Source: Tubulanus polymorphus (Eukaryota > Animalia > Nemertea). From it: a stretch of DNA of 64,000 nucleotides. The DNA is taken from assembly GCF_964204645.1 (NCBI RefSeq), contig NC_134034.1, positions 9,746,962-9,810,961 of the forward strand, written 5' to 3'. The translations under genes were made by a program, and so were the position numbers. The notes under the pieces were generated by a model. The model was given only the letters and a program-made list of their open reading frames with translations. It was not told the DNA's origin and made no database searches. Of this stretch, positions 25,154 through 38,242 are shown piece after piece; within the stretch, counting starts at the first letter, position 1; the number at the start of each line of letters is the position of its first letter.

Positions 25154-25699
25154 TCATGTAACCCGTGGATCGATGAGAGACAAGGATAACATATTTAATG
25201 AAAGTAAAAGACAGATCCAGTCGTGCACTCGAGGTACTAGAACAGTTCAAACCAAATAATCCCATCATAATCGGGAATTAGGTAAACTACAGACGCGCGT
25301 GAAAGGTTATTATTTCGAGTGGCCATCGTTAATTATTTCATGTGACAAGACTCTGTCCGTTTTCTGCCACTAATCTGACGTCGAGAGCGCGGCCGACCGC
25401 GCACGATACCGGTTTATGCAAACACGACGACCACGATGAATAGCGATTTTTTTTCCCCAGTTCACCTCTCGACAGACGTCCGGGGGTCACTCGGTGCACC
25501 GAACGTAGAACGAAATTCAGATTCTAATCGCGTTCTTATCCTTCACGAACGGTCATTACTTTCGGAGTAAATTATCGCGGATATCGATCAGCCGCGCGCA
25601 CGCCCGCCTCGCGGCTTCGTCGGAAAATCAATTTCGTTTCAACTATCCACCGGTTAACTCTGGCCCAAGAAGTCAGATCAATAAACTTGAAGATTAGAA

Positions 25700-25821
25700 G
25701 TACTTTGTAGGTTAACTAGATTTAATTAAAAGTGCAAGATTTCACTTAGCCTTATGAAGTTTGTATACACAAAAGCGAATGCTTGTACTTTTGATGAAAT
25801 CTAGTTAACCTTCAAAGTACT
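25700..25821. mobile_element. Short hairpin MITE
   Basis: agtactttgtaggttaactagattt...aaatctagttaaccttcaaagtact; ~45-bp imperfect arms. Confidence 0.6.
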
Positions 25822-25856
25822 ACATAGCACCAGTGGATGCGTTTACTGATTTAACA

Positions 25857-26255
25857 CTGGCTGCTGCATTTGCACAAAAGTTGGTTAGACTTAACCAGTG
25901 GATAGTTGATATAATGGAAGTGATAGAGTTAACCAGTTAACCAGTGGATAGTTGATATACCGGTAGTGATAGAGTTAACCAGTTAACCAGTGGATAGTTG
26001 ATATACCGGTAGTGATAGAGTTAACCAGTTAACCAGTGGATAGTTGAAATACCGGTAGTGATAGAGTTAACCAGTTAACCAGTCGATAGTTGATATACCG
26101 GTAGTGATAGAGTTAACCAGATGGATAGTTGATATACTGGTAGTGATAAAAGAGTTAACTAGTAGATAGTTGAAATTATCAAAAGTTCATTGTAACTATA
26201 TGGTATTTATCTATGGCCGGTTATCTTTACGCAACTTTTGAGCAGCAGCTGGTCC
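25857..26255. mobile_element. MITE with an internally expanded 46-bp tandem array (25890-26175)
   Basis: Ends resemble the 58015 MITE (gcacaaaagttgg / caacttttgagc); unit agttaaccagttaaccagtggatagttgatataccggtagtgatag, about 6 copies. Confidence 0.65.
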
Positions 26256-27149
26256 CAAGGACAGCGTTTTTTTCTTCTATGGATATAGAATAGTTACGTA
26301 TACCCTCGTCGTACTATTGACTATCATTATAAAATCAATATCTCAGATCGACCTCCTCGGCGTAGAGAGAATCATCCCGCGCGTTGTTCTTAAGAGTACA
26401 TAACGAATACCGAACATGCGACAACACTTCTACGACTGACGTCAATTATGTCACTGAAGTCAAGGTCCAGTAGGGAGTAGAATTACTCGCGAGACTTTCG
26501 TGCATTTTATGCCACCCCCAGCGCTTATACACGTATGTACACGACGTGATCATGTGAAATATCATGTCGCAATCAACACCCTGTGACCGTCCGTAATCAT
26601 CGTTATTCGTGTAACTGAAGATTAATAATTAACATTAAAGCGTTCGTTCGAATGTAATCAGGATCTCGAGACTGTGGCCCGCGCTCTCCTGGACCGGTCC
26701 ACATAAGCCGCGATCGCAAGAGCGTATAATACCAAAAACATTGGACAGGGTCTGTACTACATTTCAGAACGCACCGGCATCTAGCTGGACCAGTTTTGAG
26801 TTTGATAACTCATCTAATATAAGATGCAAAGGACGGGTAGTCAGCTTGACCGCTAACTTATACTTTTAACAGCCAGCCACCCCACCACCAATCAGGATGG
26901 TGATATAGGATTTCGGCAGTAGGCCTATATTGGGATTTCGTTATGACTAGAATTACAGATGTTCTGTTCAAGGAGAAAACCTAGTTTAAAGCAGGGGTGC
27001 GGCCGTTAATCAGGGGATGCGGTATTTCGGCAGTTGACTGTAGTGTGTACACTCACAGACTGTTTGGATTTGGGTCTAGAAATGGAATAGATGCCCATTT
27101 AGGCAGGGCTTGCCGGGGTGGATCCAGGGGGGAATTCCAGCGGCGTTGC

Positions 27150-27320
27150 AAGCGCAGCGACTGCAGCGTTGAAAGCCGCGGCCAAAATGACATTTTTTTT
27201 CTACTTTGAATACCACGTTTTTGAAGAAATTGAAGTAAATTCGCCGCGGCAATATTTAGAACCTGTCTAAAATCGGTATTTGGCCGCAGCGATCAAAATC
27301 GCTTCCGAAATTATGAGACA
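27150..27320 (+). repeat. Dispersed repeat (also 47115-47290, and 3500-3660 reversed)
   Basis: Shared core ttttga(a/c)gaaattgaagtaaattcgccgcggcaa. Confidence 0.65.
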
Positions 27321-27839
27321 AGTTCATCAAATTTTTTTGAGTGTCCTTTTTCATTTCGTCAAAAAAGATAATCGGTGCATTTCAGCGTGGCAGTTCACTT
27401 CATATTGCCTTTATTTACATCGATGTGCCCTTTTTAATTTTGGACTTCACAAGTCTCCCGCTGATATTTATAGCAGATGAATTTTCATCTTTGTTCTATA
27501 TAGGCCGAGGCTATATCACGGATCAATTCTCAGACTGATAACTTCCAGGAATTATTTTCCACTAAGTAGGACGACCACGACTCTGAGGGAGGTAAATTCA
27601 TGTTTGTATTAATTAATTTAGAGAGAGACACTAATACCTACTGCGTTTCATCGTTTTATCCGAAACGTAAGCGGATTGGCGATCAAATAAATCACTACAA
27701 AAACACGTTGATGAAAATATCAGTGAGACTGATTGACTGACTGACTGACTGATTGACTGACTGACTTATTGACTGACTGAGTGACCGACCGACCAACCCA
27801 CTGATAGCTACATTTCATCACCTTGAAAAGTCCTGATTT

Positions 27840-28100
27840 TGAATTAAACCCACACAATTGTGGAACTGGATTCACAGTCAAATTAAACCCACACAACTGT
27901 TGAACTGGATTCACAGTCAAATAAACCCACACAACTGTGGAACTGGATTCAGAGTCAAATAAAACCCACACAACTGTGGAACTGGATCCAGAGTCAAATC
28001 AAACCCACACAACTGTGGAACTGGATTCACAGTCAAATTAAACCCACGCAACTGTGGAACTGGATTCACAGTCAAATTAAACCAACACTACCGTGGAACT
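27840..28100 (-). repeat. 39-bp tandem array, array 2 (preceded by (CTGA)n at 27725-27800)
   Basis: Reverse-complement units, about 6.5 copies. Confidence 0.9.
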
Positions 28101-29476
28101 AGAACAAAGGAATCTCGTAATACATTTGATTACATTTGATCAAAATATTTCGATCAAAGCACCGCGATGAACTCAAATCCAGCTAGGCGCGCAGAGTTGT
28201 TCGGAATCGATATTCGAACATTTTTCAACGTTAAACGATTCAAAATCGAATACAATTAAGTTCGTACTTTAACAACAAGGCTGGGTGGGGTTGGTGACAG
28301 CGTGAAGCTATTAATCGCGGCTTATTAAACGTCAACCTAGCTGCTCGAACGCTAGAAACGGCCAGCCGGCAATTGACCAGACGAGGTCAAAAGTTCTCTT
28401 CTAACGCAAATCGTAAATATTACTATGTCGCGTATTATGCGGGTTCGTTCTGCATAGATTAATGGATATATATATATATATATATGTATTCTATATGCAA
28501 AGAGTGAATTAATCGATTTGTACAGCTTGACTCGTATGCATTGTCATCATCGGGAATGAATGCAACGAATCATGATTGGGAAATAACGCGCAGGTGTGGT
28601 GGAGTGTTTGCGAGAGTAGTTTTTTCATTCCTTAACCTGCTCGGGGCGTTATCGTCGGGTACGAGAAGGTTTTTAGCCCCTCGACCCGCTGAGCGACACT
28701 CTGGGTAGTATTCGAACGCATGAATCCCGGATTGGCGAGAGCCGAAACTACTTTACCCGCCTCAAAAGAAATGCTGGTCCATCATTAAAAAAAAAAAACT
28801 TGAAAAAGAAAAGTAATGGAAATAATAGGTATTCCACGCTGTACTAAAGAAAACAATTCTCAAAAACCGATTACTCAAAATCGAGAAATCAAAACTGATT
28901 ACTCAAAATCAAAAACGAAATTGATCCAGTTTAAAATAACTGAAACATAATTTTCAACGGCGCTTCTGATGCGTACGCGACCGCGAAGTGATTGCCCTCT
29001 TATAGACGAACCTATACACGCAGAGCGCATAGAAAATAGGTTAATAATTCTAAACTTTTTATCAAAATCCCTAAGCAAATATACATATTATATATATGCA
29101 AATGAAATATGATAGCGTACCTTTTTTTTGTTCGTTGATTGTAATGATGACGAAATCAAGTGAGAATAATTCGGTCAAGAGGTGGTTTTCAATTAGAAAA
29201 TGCTCTATAAATATAGCGTGTATTCTCACAGGGGGATCATCGTGATCATAGTGATCATCGTGACCATCATAATCGTCATGTCCTCCTGTGTGTCGTTAAA
29301 AACCCAAACTGTGCTATAGTGTATATGACATACACAAACACACGCAGCACAACAATCACAACTGTGCGTTAAATAGTGCATCTGCCCGCCGGCGTCCGGC
29401 ACCCGGCGCCCGGCCCTTTTAACCCGCAAACGTACTTATATATATATATATTACGTATTATGTATTACTATATACA

Positions 29477-29718
29477 TAGAACTGGATCCAGAGACAAATT
29501 AAACGAACACAACTGTGGAACTGGGTCCAGAGTCAAATCAAACCCACACAACTGTGGAACTGGATCCAGAGACAAATTAAACCCACACAACTGTGGAACT
29601 GGGTCCAGAGTCAAATCAAACCCACACAACTGTGGAACTGGGTCCAGAGTCAAATCAAACCCACACAACTGTGGAACTGGGTCCAGAGTCAAATCAAACC
29701 CACACAACTGTAGAACTG
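29477..29718 (-). repeat. 39-bp tandem array, array 3
   Basis: About 6 copies. Confidence 0.9.
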
Positions 29719-30524
29719 AAACAATGTTGTTTGAAAAGTGACCGCAACTGTTGAAAAAATTGTCTTGAGTTTATGCCTCCTGAGGGGGGTGTGAGGGTAG
29801 CTGCAGTAATGCCCAGAGTATAACATGTCTGATTAATAATATGAAGTAAATGATGAACATGTCAACTGCAGTGAAATTTAATTATTCTTAGCGTGATACA
29901 ATATGCGAGTCATGCCTAACTTCAATCCCCCACAGCAGCAATCATTTCTATATGTCATATCAACACAAGGTGAAGTGTGGACATTCAGTTTTTGAAAGTG
30001 TGCTGATAAAAATGTCTAATATCTGGTGTTTTTAGTTCATTTTCAACCGCGAAAATGTCTGCGGTGAAGTTGTTCAGACGTTCAAAAGCTTGGAAGATCA
30101 GCGATTAGGTATCAAAGCTCGGATCGGTTTTAAGGTTCGGATTGCCGTTATTGTAAGACCGTTGATATTTCTCGCTGTACACACGACACTAGGCCGTAAA
30201 CGTAATTACGCCGAATTCAAGGACTGTCGGTGTACGATTAGAACACCGCGGGGTTCGGGTGGTCCGATTAGATTGCGAAACGAAAAACGTCTCGCGATAT
30301 CACCCGATACGATAAACACGGCGTGATGCTCGGATTTCGTAGATCGTTTAGTTCGGTTTCGGGCGAGGAGTATTACACAACGCGCTGGGGTCGACCACGT
30401 GTCTCGCTGTCGACTGCCAACGCGAGACAGTGAGTTACGAAATAACAAATATGTCTAGGACAACTCCGATGCAGGTTTAGCCTGTCGGTGAGCCTGTCGC
30501 AGTCTGGTTCAAACTCTCACATTA

Positions 30525-30830
30525 CAACGCGTTAGTTCCCATTGCATTTCCGATACATTGTATCTATGGACGATACATAAATTTTGTCAAGACAACTTTT
30601 TAAATTTTGGCCTCGTTATGAGCCGGCCTTGTCAAGGTCGTGTCGCATAAAGGTACGGTTTTTGGTGCCTCTTCTAGCCGCTAGGTGGCGCATTAGGCCT
30701 ATTCTTTTCAGTACCCAACTAGCCCCCCCGTACTAAGATTATACCCGAGTTTCGTCAAGATCCGACCTACTATTAACGAAGCTAAGTAGCTGTAAGACAC
30801 GCACAAACCACAGACGGACTGTACAAGCCC
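30525..30830 (+). mobile_element. Second copy of the DINE-1/Helentron-like element
   Basis: Colinear similarity to 16140-16410. Confidence 0.5.
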
Positions 30831-31597
30831 GAGAACACAATATCGAAGTCCTTTTTTCGATCACTTGGAGTACGGATTTTTTCAAGGAAAAATGGAAGGG
30901 CGAAGGGGAAAAATGAAAAAGGAGAAAGCCAAAACCTGCTAATAAACGTCCTGAGAGGAGGTCAGTGGGTTATGGGGAAAAGGACGCCTCGGCGAAAACT
31001 TCAAACCTACAAATAAATTACCTGAGTGAACTCCAAACAGCTGAACTAAACCGGTATGTATAATGCCGATGTACGAAGCAAAAATAGGGAATAAAAAAAT
31101 TAGACAGACTATCCGTCTGTCATAACATTCGCTATAGAAAACAGATAATAATGAATGTATTGAATCTGAAACGGTTTCGAGACACAGCCTATATGAACTG
31201 GAAAGGAGACAACTGCTTATTTTTGCGCAGTTCCGTGCGAACAGCAACAGACGTGTATATCCAGTTCGATATTGTGTTCCTATAAAAAGAGACAAGACAC
31301 ATACAGAGGGGGGGCAATAACTGGCGTAAGCAATTTAATCGGGTGTCTCTAAAAAAAGAAAATAGGTCGCTCTCTTCCAACTACGTGCGATTCGAACCGC
31401 ATTCGCGCTACGGTTATTAAGAACGCGTTTTAAGATTTTTTGGTCCGATCCTATTTCGTAAACGGACCAAGCATTCGCGCAAACGATGAAGTCCCTTCTA
31501 ATCGGTCCGTTACGTTTTAGAACGAAGAATAGTTTAACATCGATACGAACTGGGACCGAAGAGTGACGACTTTGAAACGCGATCTTAATTTCAACGC

Positions 31598-31886
31598 TTA
31601 ACCCTTTCAGTGCTGACTAATTAATACCCTATAGTGCTGGAGATAATTTGAAAATTCTAAAAAATTCCGCCCTAGTGTGTTGAACAAGGGGAATACCACT
31701 ATAGTGCGTCTACACTGCGGTGCGGTGTATCGTTAGTTACTAATATTTCACTATGTTTGACAGGTGCTGCCATTTTTCAAGAGAGATAATTACTAATTAC
31801 GTCAATACACCGTGGTGAGGAGTACTGGCAAAATCTATCACTGATTTATACACCGCACTGCGGTGTAGACGCACTGAAAGGGTTAA
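31598..31886 (-). mobile_element. piggyBac-type MITE, copy 4
   Basis: Reverse-complement copy with TTAA TSDs. Confidence 0.85.
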
Positions 31887-32254
31887 AACACATGGCTTCA
31901 CGATAATAGTTCGAAGAAAAATTTCAAGCTTTCTCGTGTTTAAACACGACTGATTTTAATCATCTACGATGAACTCGGTCTGAAGAATATTCACATCGAT
32001 ATAAACCGCGACCGAAGATTGACGACTTTCAAACACGATTTTAGTTTCACTCATAAAATGCAGCTATGTATCATCACTGATGCCTCTGACCGCAAGAAGA
32101 TCCGACAAAAAGGCCGAAATAAATTAAATGTTATTTTTCTTTCTAAATAAACACAAACAATTACTAAAACAACTAGTTTTCAAGACATACCATCCAGACC
32201 TCGAGGAACTATCTCTTGATTGTAAGTTCTATAGCAAACACGATAGTTTAGCAT

Positions 32255-32546
32255 TTAACCCTTTCAGTGTGTCTACACCGCAGTGCGGTGTATAAATCGG
32301 TGATGGATTTTGCAAGTACACCATGCTGCGGTGTATTGATTTAATAAGTAATAAGTAATTATCTCTCAAAAGATGGCAGCACCTGTCAAACATAGTGAAA
32401 TATTAGTAACTAACTATTACGCGCCGCGGTGTAGACGCATTATAGTGGTATTCCCGTTATTCAACACACTAGGGTGGAATTTTCCCAAATTTTCACATTT
32501 TCTCCAGCACTACAGGGTATTAATTAGTTAGCACAGAAAGGGTTAA
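32255..32546 (+). mobile_element. piggyBac-type MITE, copy 5
   Basis: Forward copy with TTAA TSDs. Confidence 0.85.
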
Positions 32547-32978
32547 ACGATCTTAGATACACTCATAAAATGCAGCTATTTTCGCTGCTAAAATGGTGGC
32601 TCTGAATCAGAAAAAATGCCTTCGACAATTCGATCTCTCACTTCGTCAACATCCGCATCATTTCGCTGAATTTTATACCTCGAACAATTCAACCCATTCT
32701 CCGGCTCAAGCAGCTGTCTAATACAAATATCCCCCTTCCCTCCCCGTTTTCATTTCCATCGCCGTCGCAAGTTCAGACGCCGACGAAAAAATTACGTTCG
32801 AAACTCGGATGGCGGAAAATCTTCGTCGATGATCGGTAGGAATTGGGTAAGCATAAACGACGGCGGCGGACACAAGGGAGTGTCGAGTGATCTCACGCGA
32901 CAAACCCGTCGACTCATCCCGGAAACCGGGTGACGCAATCGTAATCGACTGAAAGTTTTCTTATTCAACTGCCCCGCA

Positions 32979-33272
32979 TTAACCCCTTCCCAGCTGACTA
33001 ATCAATACCAGAAAGTACTGAAGATAATTTGAAAATTCTAAAAAAAATCCACTCTATGGTGTTAGATAACGGGAATATCGCTATAGTGCATCTACACCGC
33101 AATGCGGCGTATCGTTAGTTACTAATATTTCAATACATTCAACAGGTGCTGCCATCTTTCAATAGAGATAAAGACTGATTACTAATAACATCAATACACC
33201 ACGGTGCAATGTACTAGCAAAATCCATCGCTGATTTATACACCGCACTGCAGTGTAGACGCATTGAAAGGTT
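32979..33272 (-). mobile_element. piggyBac-type MITE, copy 6 (older)
   Basis: Reverse copy with decayed termini. Confidence 0.8.
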
Positions 33273-33817
33273 GTTTCTATCTCTGAGATGATTTTATGCA
33301 AAATCTAGCGATCTCAACAAATTTCCCAGATTTTTAAGCTTTCTTACAAATCACCCCGACTATTCCCTACCTTTAAAGAAAAAAAATTCCCAGAGAGAGA
33401 GAGAGAGAGAGAGAACAGATTGGCATGCAGACAGATAGACTCATGCTCAGAATAGGAAAGAACTACAAAGGTTGTTGTTTGTCCCGCGCAGACCCTGACG
33501 AGAAGAATAAAGCTCATAATGAAATCAGGACACCGCTGAATTTCACGACTCAATGAACGAACACACAAACATTATTTGACGTAGAAATCATGATGAACAC
33601 GACGATGACGACGACGACGAGACTTATACGACGTTCGATTACGAAACAAAACAACAATAAAAACAAAAATCTAAAAAACGGATATCGTCTCGACGATGAA
33701 CACGAAAAAATTATTCCAGACCTTTTTAATCGTTATGTCACCGTGTCGCACCAAGTATCTCCAGTACGGCATTGGTCAGTTGTGACGAGGTCAGTTGTGA
33801 ATGGTCGCAAGAAATAA

Positions 33818-34205
33818 TATACAGATATATTAATACACCTGTACTAATACAGATGTATTAATACGAGTGTATTCATACAGGTGTATTCATACGGGCGTAT
33901 TCATACATCTGGTAGCAAGAGGGATGCCGAGTTCGACTCCGATTCATACCAGTGTATAAATACAGGTGTATTAATATAGGTGTATTTATACAAGCGTACA
34001 GGTGTATTAATACGGGTGTATTAATACAGATGTATTAATACGCATGTATTAATACAGATGTATTAATATACCTGTATTAATACGGGTGTATTCAAAAAAG
34101 GTGTATTCATACAGGCGTATTCATACACTTGTTTGAATACAGGTATATTCATACAAGTATATTCATAAAGGTGTATTATTACAAGTGTGTTCATACAATT
34201 GTATT
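33818..34205. repeat. Degenerate 14-bp array (atacaggtgtatta)
   Basis: More than 20 diverged, near-palindromic units. Confidence 0.85.
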
Positions 34206-34695
34206 CTTCCACTACCAGTCAATGAATTTCATTAAAGTCACCTAAAGACCCTCCTATTCAGACAATACATTTGCAGTATAGAAACATGTTGGAGCTGTTG
34301 TATACAGGATGTGTAAATAACAATCATTATCATAATCAAAATCATAGATGCGTACATCCAAACGGACTGCACAGACATCTGCTACCAGCGTATGAAATAT
34401 TTACTCTTCGTAAAAGAGAATGTTGATTCAGATGATTCAGGGTTTTTTTTGCCATAATTCATATTTCAATAAAGTAAATTTCTTGGCTGCGGTAATATTT
34501 GCCGAGTTCGCGTGTTCGGCGTATATCGACTACGTATACATCGTTCACTCGCCAGGGACCCACTTCGATTATATCATCGTTGAGTTGTTTTTAAAAGTTT
34601 TGTTGAAATTTCATATCATTTCGCCGAACTTTCTCCCGAAACTTGGGAATCTATTTTCTTTTTGGCCAAGAACACGATTGGAAAATCTTAAATTA

Positions 34696-35134
34696 AGACT
34701 TGAGCGGAGTCTACTGTACCATCAAACTCAGATATCACTGTCTAGTCAAAAGATCAGACTTGAGCGGAGTCTACTGTACCGTCCAACTCAGATATCACTG
34801 TCTAGTCAAAAAATCAGACTTGAGCGGAGTCTACTGTACCGTCCAACTCAGATATCACTGTCTAATCAAAAGATCAGACTTGAGCGGAGTCTACTGTACA
34901 ATCAAACTCAGATATCACTCTCGAGTCAAAAGATCAGACTTGAGCGGAGTCTACTGTACAATCAAACTCAGATATAACTGTCTAGTCAAAAAATCAGACT
35001 TGAGCGGAGTCTACTGTACCATCCAACTCAGATATCACTCTCGAGTCAAAAGATCAGACTTGAGCGGAGTCTACTGTACCATCAAACTCAGATATCACTG
35101 TCAAGTCAAAAGATCCTGACTTGAGTCTACTGTA
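34696..35134. repeat. 60-bp tandem array containing a mariner-like terminus GAGTCTACTG|TA
   Basis: 7 copies; a related single end agtagactccgctcgagtcggatc lies at ~59610. Confidence 0.95.
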
Positions 35135-35507
35135 CAATACATGAAAGTGCTGCAACAATGAGTTTTGTCTTTGTCTTGTTAATATTCCGATTTCAAAACC
35201 CCGGGGGCCAGATACGGAGTCAATTTCTCAATAGAGTTCGTAGTTACGTTCAGTAGAAATTGATTATCAATTTTCCATATCAGTATATAGATATTATGTA
35301 AATCCTGTTGGTCTATAACCTACGCCTGTCGCATTCAAATCGATACGTTTCCTAATGAGCAATTTTATATCGAACTACTCAAAATGTCTACAATTTTCGC
35401 AAATCGCAACGATGCGAGTGAATCCGACGGAACACCAGCTTTGCCAACAGATGGCGCAATATAAATCGACTGCGAAGTCCAAATATCATCAAACGGGCTT
35501 CAGAAAA

Positions 35508-35670
35508 GTGGAATCCTCTATTGCCGCAGTAGTTGATGTCCTGTGGCATGCTAGTGGCACCTGGTGGATCCTCACTTGCCACAAGCGGAATCCTCTATTG
35601 CCGCAGTAGTTGATGTCCTATGGCACACTAGTGGCACCTGGTGGATCCTCACTTGCCACAAATGGAATCC
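35508..35670 (+). repeat. ~76-bp dispersed/tandem repeat family (also 40079-40162, and 62645-62845 reversed)
   Basis: atcctctattgccgcagtagttgatgtcct...ctagtggcacctggtggatcctcacttgccac. Confidence 0.8.
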
Positions 35671-36129
35671 TTAACTCAACTGGTAACATCTAGTGTGCAG
35701 TGCCGAATAAATCTTCAAGCGCAGGAGACTGACTGGTGCAACTTTGATCGCCACAGGCAGATCCTCGATACAAGGCCATCGTGTAGCTGCGCTGCTTCAA
35801 ATAAAACAGTTAAAAAAGTTGCCGTCAAAATGGATCCATTGAACTGAATACCAACAACTGATATACAGCGGTTTTATCGATCTGATAATTATAACAGCAC
35901 TCTGCTTTCCTTCATTCGTTCACTACTAACTGTTTCAATTTCACTTTTGATAATCAGTTTTCAGTAGACGTTTAAGCGAAACAAGTTTCAGTTTCATACA
36001 AATGAACGGTAGAAATATCGAATACGACTTCAATTACAGAATGAACCAATATCGTTGAGCCCATCGCCAGCCGGTTGTAAGAGGTATATTCGTCTATGCC
36101 TGCCAATAAGGCAAACCTGAATGCCCTGA

Positions 36130-36685
36130 TTGCCGGCCAGTAAGCCCAACATGTGGCCTTCCCTGAATGTCGGCCAGTAAGCCCAACATGTGGCCTTCCC
36201 TGTATGTCGGCCAGTAAGCCCAACATGTGGCCTTCTCTGAATGCCGCCCAGTAAGCCCAACATGTGGCCTTCCCTGTATGTCGGCCAGTAAGCCCAACAT
36301 GTGGCCTTCCCTGAATGTCGGCCAGTAAGCCCAACATGTGGCCTTCCTTGAATGTCGGCCAGTAAGCCCAACATGTGGCCTTCCCTGAATGCCGGCCAGT
36401 GGGGCCATCGGGTGACCTTTCCTGAATGCTGGCCAATGAGGGCATCAGGTGGCCTTCCCTGAATGCCAGCCAATGGGGCCATCAGGTGACCTTTCCTGAA
36501 TGCTGGCCAATGAGGCCATCAGGTGACCTTTCCTGAATGCTGGCCAATGAGGCCATCAGGTGGCCTTCCCTAAATGCCAGCCAATGGGGGCCATCAGGTG
36601 GCCTTCCGTGAATGCTGGCCAATGAGGCCATCAGGTGGCCTTCCCTGAATGGCAACCAGTGAGCCCAGCAATGTGGCCTTGCCTG
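36130..36685. repeat. 37-bp tandem array with two variant blocks
   Basis: gtcggccagtaagcccaacatgtggccttccctgaat x7, then gctggccaatgaggccatcaggtggccttccctgaat x7. Confidence 0.95.
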
Positions 36686-37556
36686 CACGCAGAATACTCG
36701 CCAATTAGGGCCACGTGGTGGTCCCCTATTTATCGGAATAAATCTAAACAAAATAGGTCTACATTTATCAGACACAGAGGTATATGAAGCCCCCTAATAC
36801 AATGTAAAAAAAAACTAAAATCGAACTAGTGACAACTGCTGTTCGTGGAACTAGTGGCAACTGCTGCTGCTGGTTTTTTTTATCCCACAGTATTTTCTAA
36901 TCAGACAAGGAAATACACATTGTATATCATTATTGAAACGTTACTTCCTGACATGTGACAATATCGCCGGGGCAAGTTTTTCAACGCATCTCGCTGCATG
37001 TACGGCAAGCAACTACGCCGACACGTGTTCGATTCCCGGGAAGAAACCGAAATGAACTGATCCATAAGATAAGATAGTTATTTCACTCCAACCATAAGAA
37101 TGGCACGTTGAGGCAAGATTGAATACAAAATATGAAATATAAAGATTTACAAAACATGAACAGAATTATGTACATATATAAATACAGACAAAACCAAAAT
37201 AGGAAAATGATCAGCCAGACAGCTGCTGCGACGTCTAGACTCGGAATATCCAAGTGGATTCGATTTGCCCGGTGCATTACTTGTGACCAATCGCAGAAGT
37301 AGACAGGAGCGGATCTAGCTTTTTGGAATATGGGGCGCACGCACTATACCTACTTGAGTCGTTACTTACATATATGAGGGCAGGGGTCTGGGTATTCTAT
37401 ACTTAAGCCAGGAATCCTGAAATCTACATTTTCAAGGAAAAGCTACAAATTGTATTCGAGCAGATGCCATTCGTGGACGATGACAATAATTTGAGTGTTT
37501 TCGAGGCTTCTGCGATACTCAAGGCCTCAAATCGACCCATTCCCATTTTGCAAGCG

Positions 37557-37770
37557 GTATGGGGGCGCGAGTGGTTAGAGCGTTCGACTGTGGGAAGCCA
37601 GGTCGCGGGTTCGAACCCCGTACATTACCGTTTTTTCTTCGGGCAGGAAACTTATCCTCATCGCCTCTCTCCACCGAGGAGCAAATGGGTACCTAGCCTG
37701 ATAGATGACTCCTGAGCGCCTAGCAGCTGATCGGCTGGTGGTAATAATACCAAATTTGTAGCGCGTTTGG
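37557..37770 (+). mobile_element. tRNA-derived SINE with CORE-like domain
   Basis: A box TGGTTAGAGCG, B box GGTTCGAACCC, then gggcaggaaacttatcctc...cctctctccacc...aaatgggtacc. A reverse fragment of the same family lies at ~55195-55255. Confidence 0.7.
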
Positions 37771-38191
37771 TTGAGTAGCTGCACTATATAAATGACAATT
37801 ATCATTATCAATATCACTATTTCAAAACAGCCCGCGTTTGCTGGTCGTGTGGTCTGAGATAAAAGGGTTAATATCGCGCAGACGCAGTTTTTGCTGAAAT
37901 CAATCCAGACGCGATGCATGACGGTATTCTCCCTCTCTCTCTCTCTCCAGCTCTCTCTCTCCGCATTCATAGCTGTGAAATTCGTCTCATTATTGAATAA
38001 GCTCGACACATTTCGCCGATATTTGAAGAGGCTCGTGTTACGTTGACGACAGACGGACCTCGCCGTCTGGATCGGCTGATAACCTCGACCACCACGGCCC
38101 GAATATATCCATATATCCGTGAATACAAGACTCATCGATATCTCTGATTAGTGGTAGTTCTCACCGAGATAATTAATAATAAATAATAATA

Positions 38192-38242
<51 letters not shown>

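Noticed and set aside
34420-36775. Several 100-185-aa repetitive ORFs
   Set aside because: Products of the 60-bp and 37-bp arrays, open in multiple frames, with no domain similarity.
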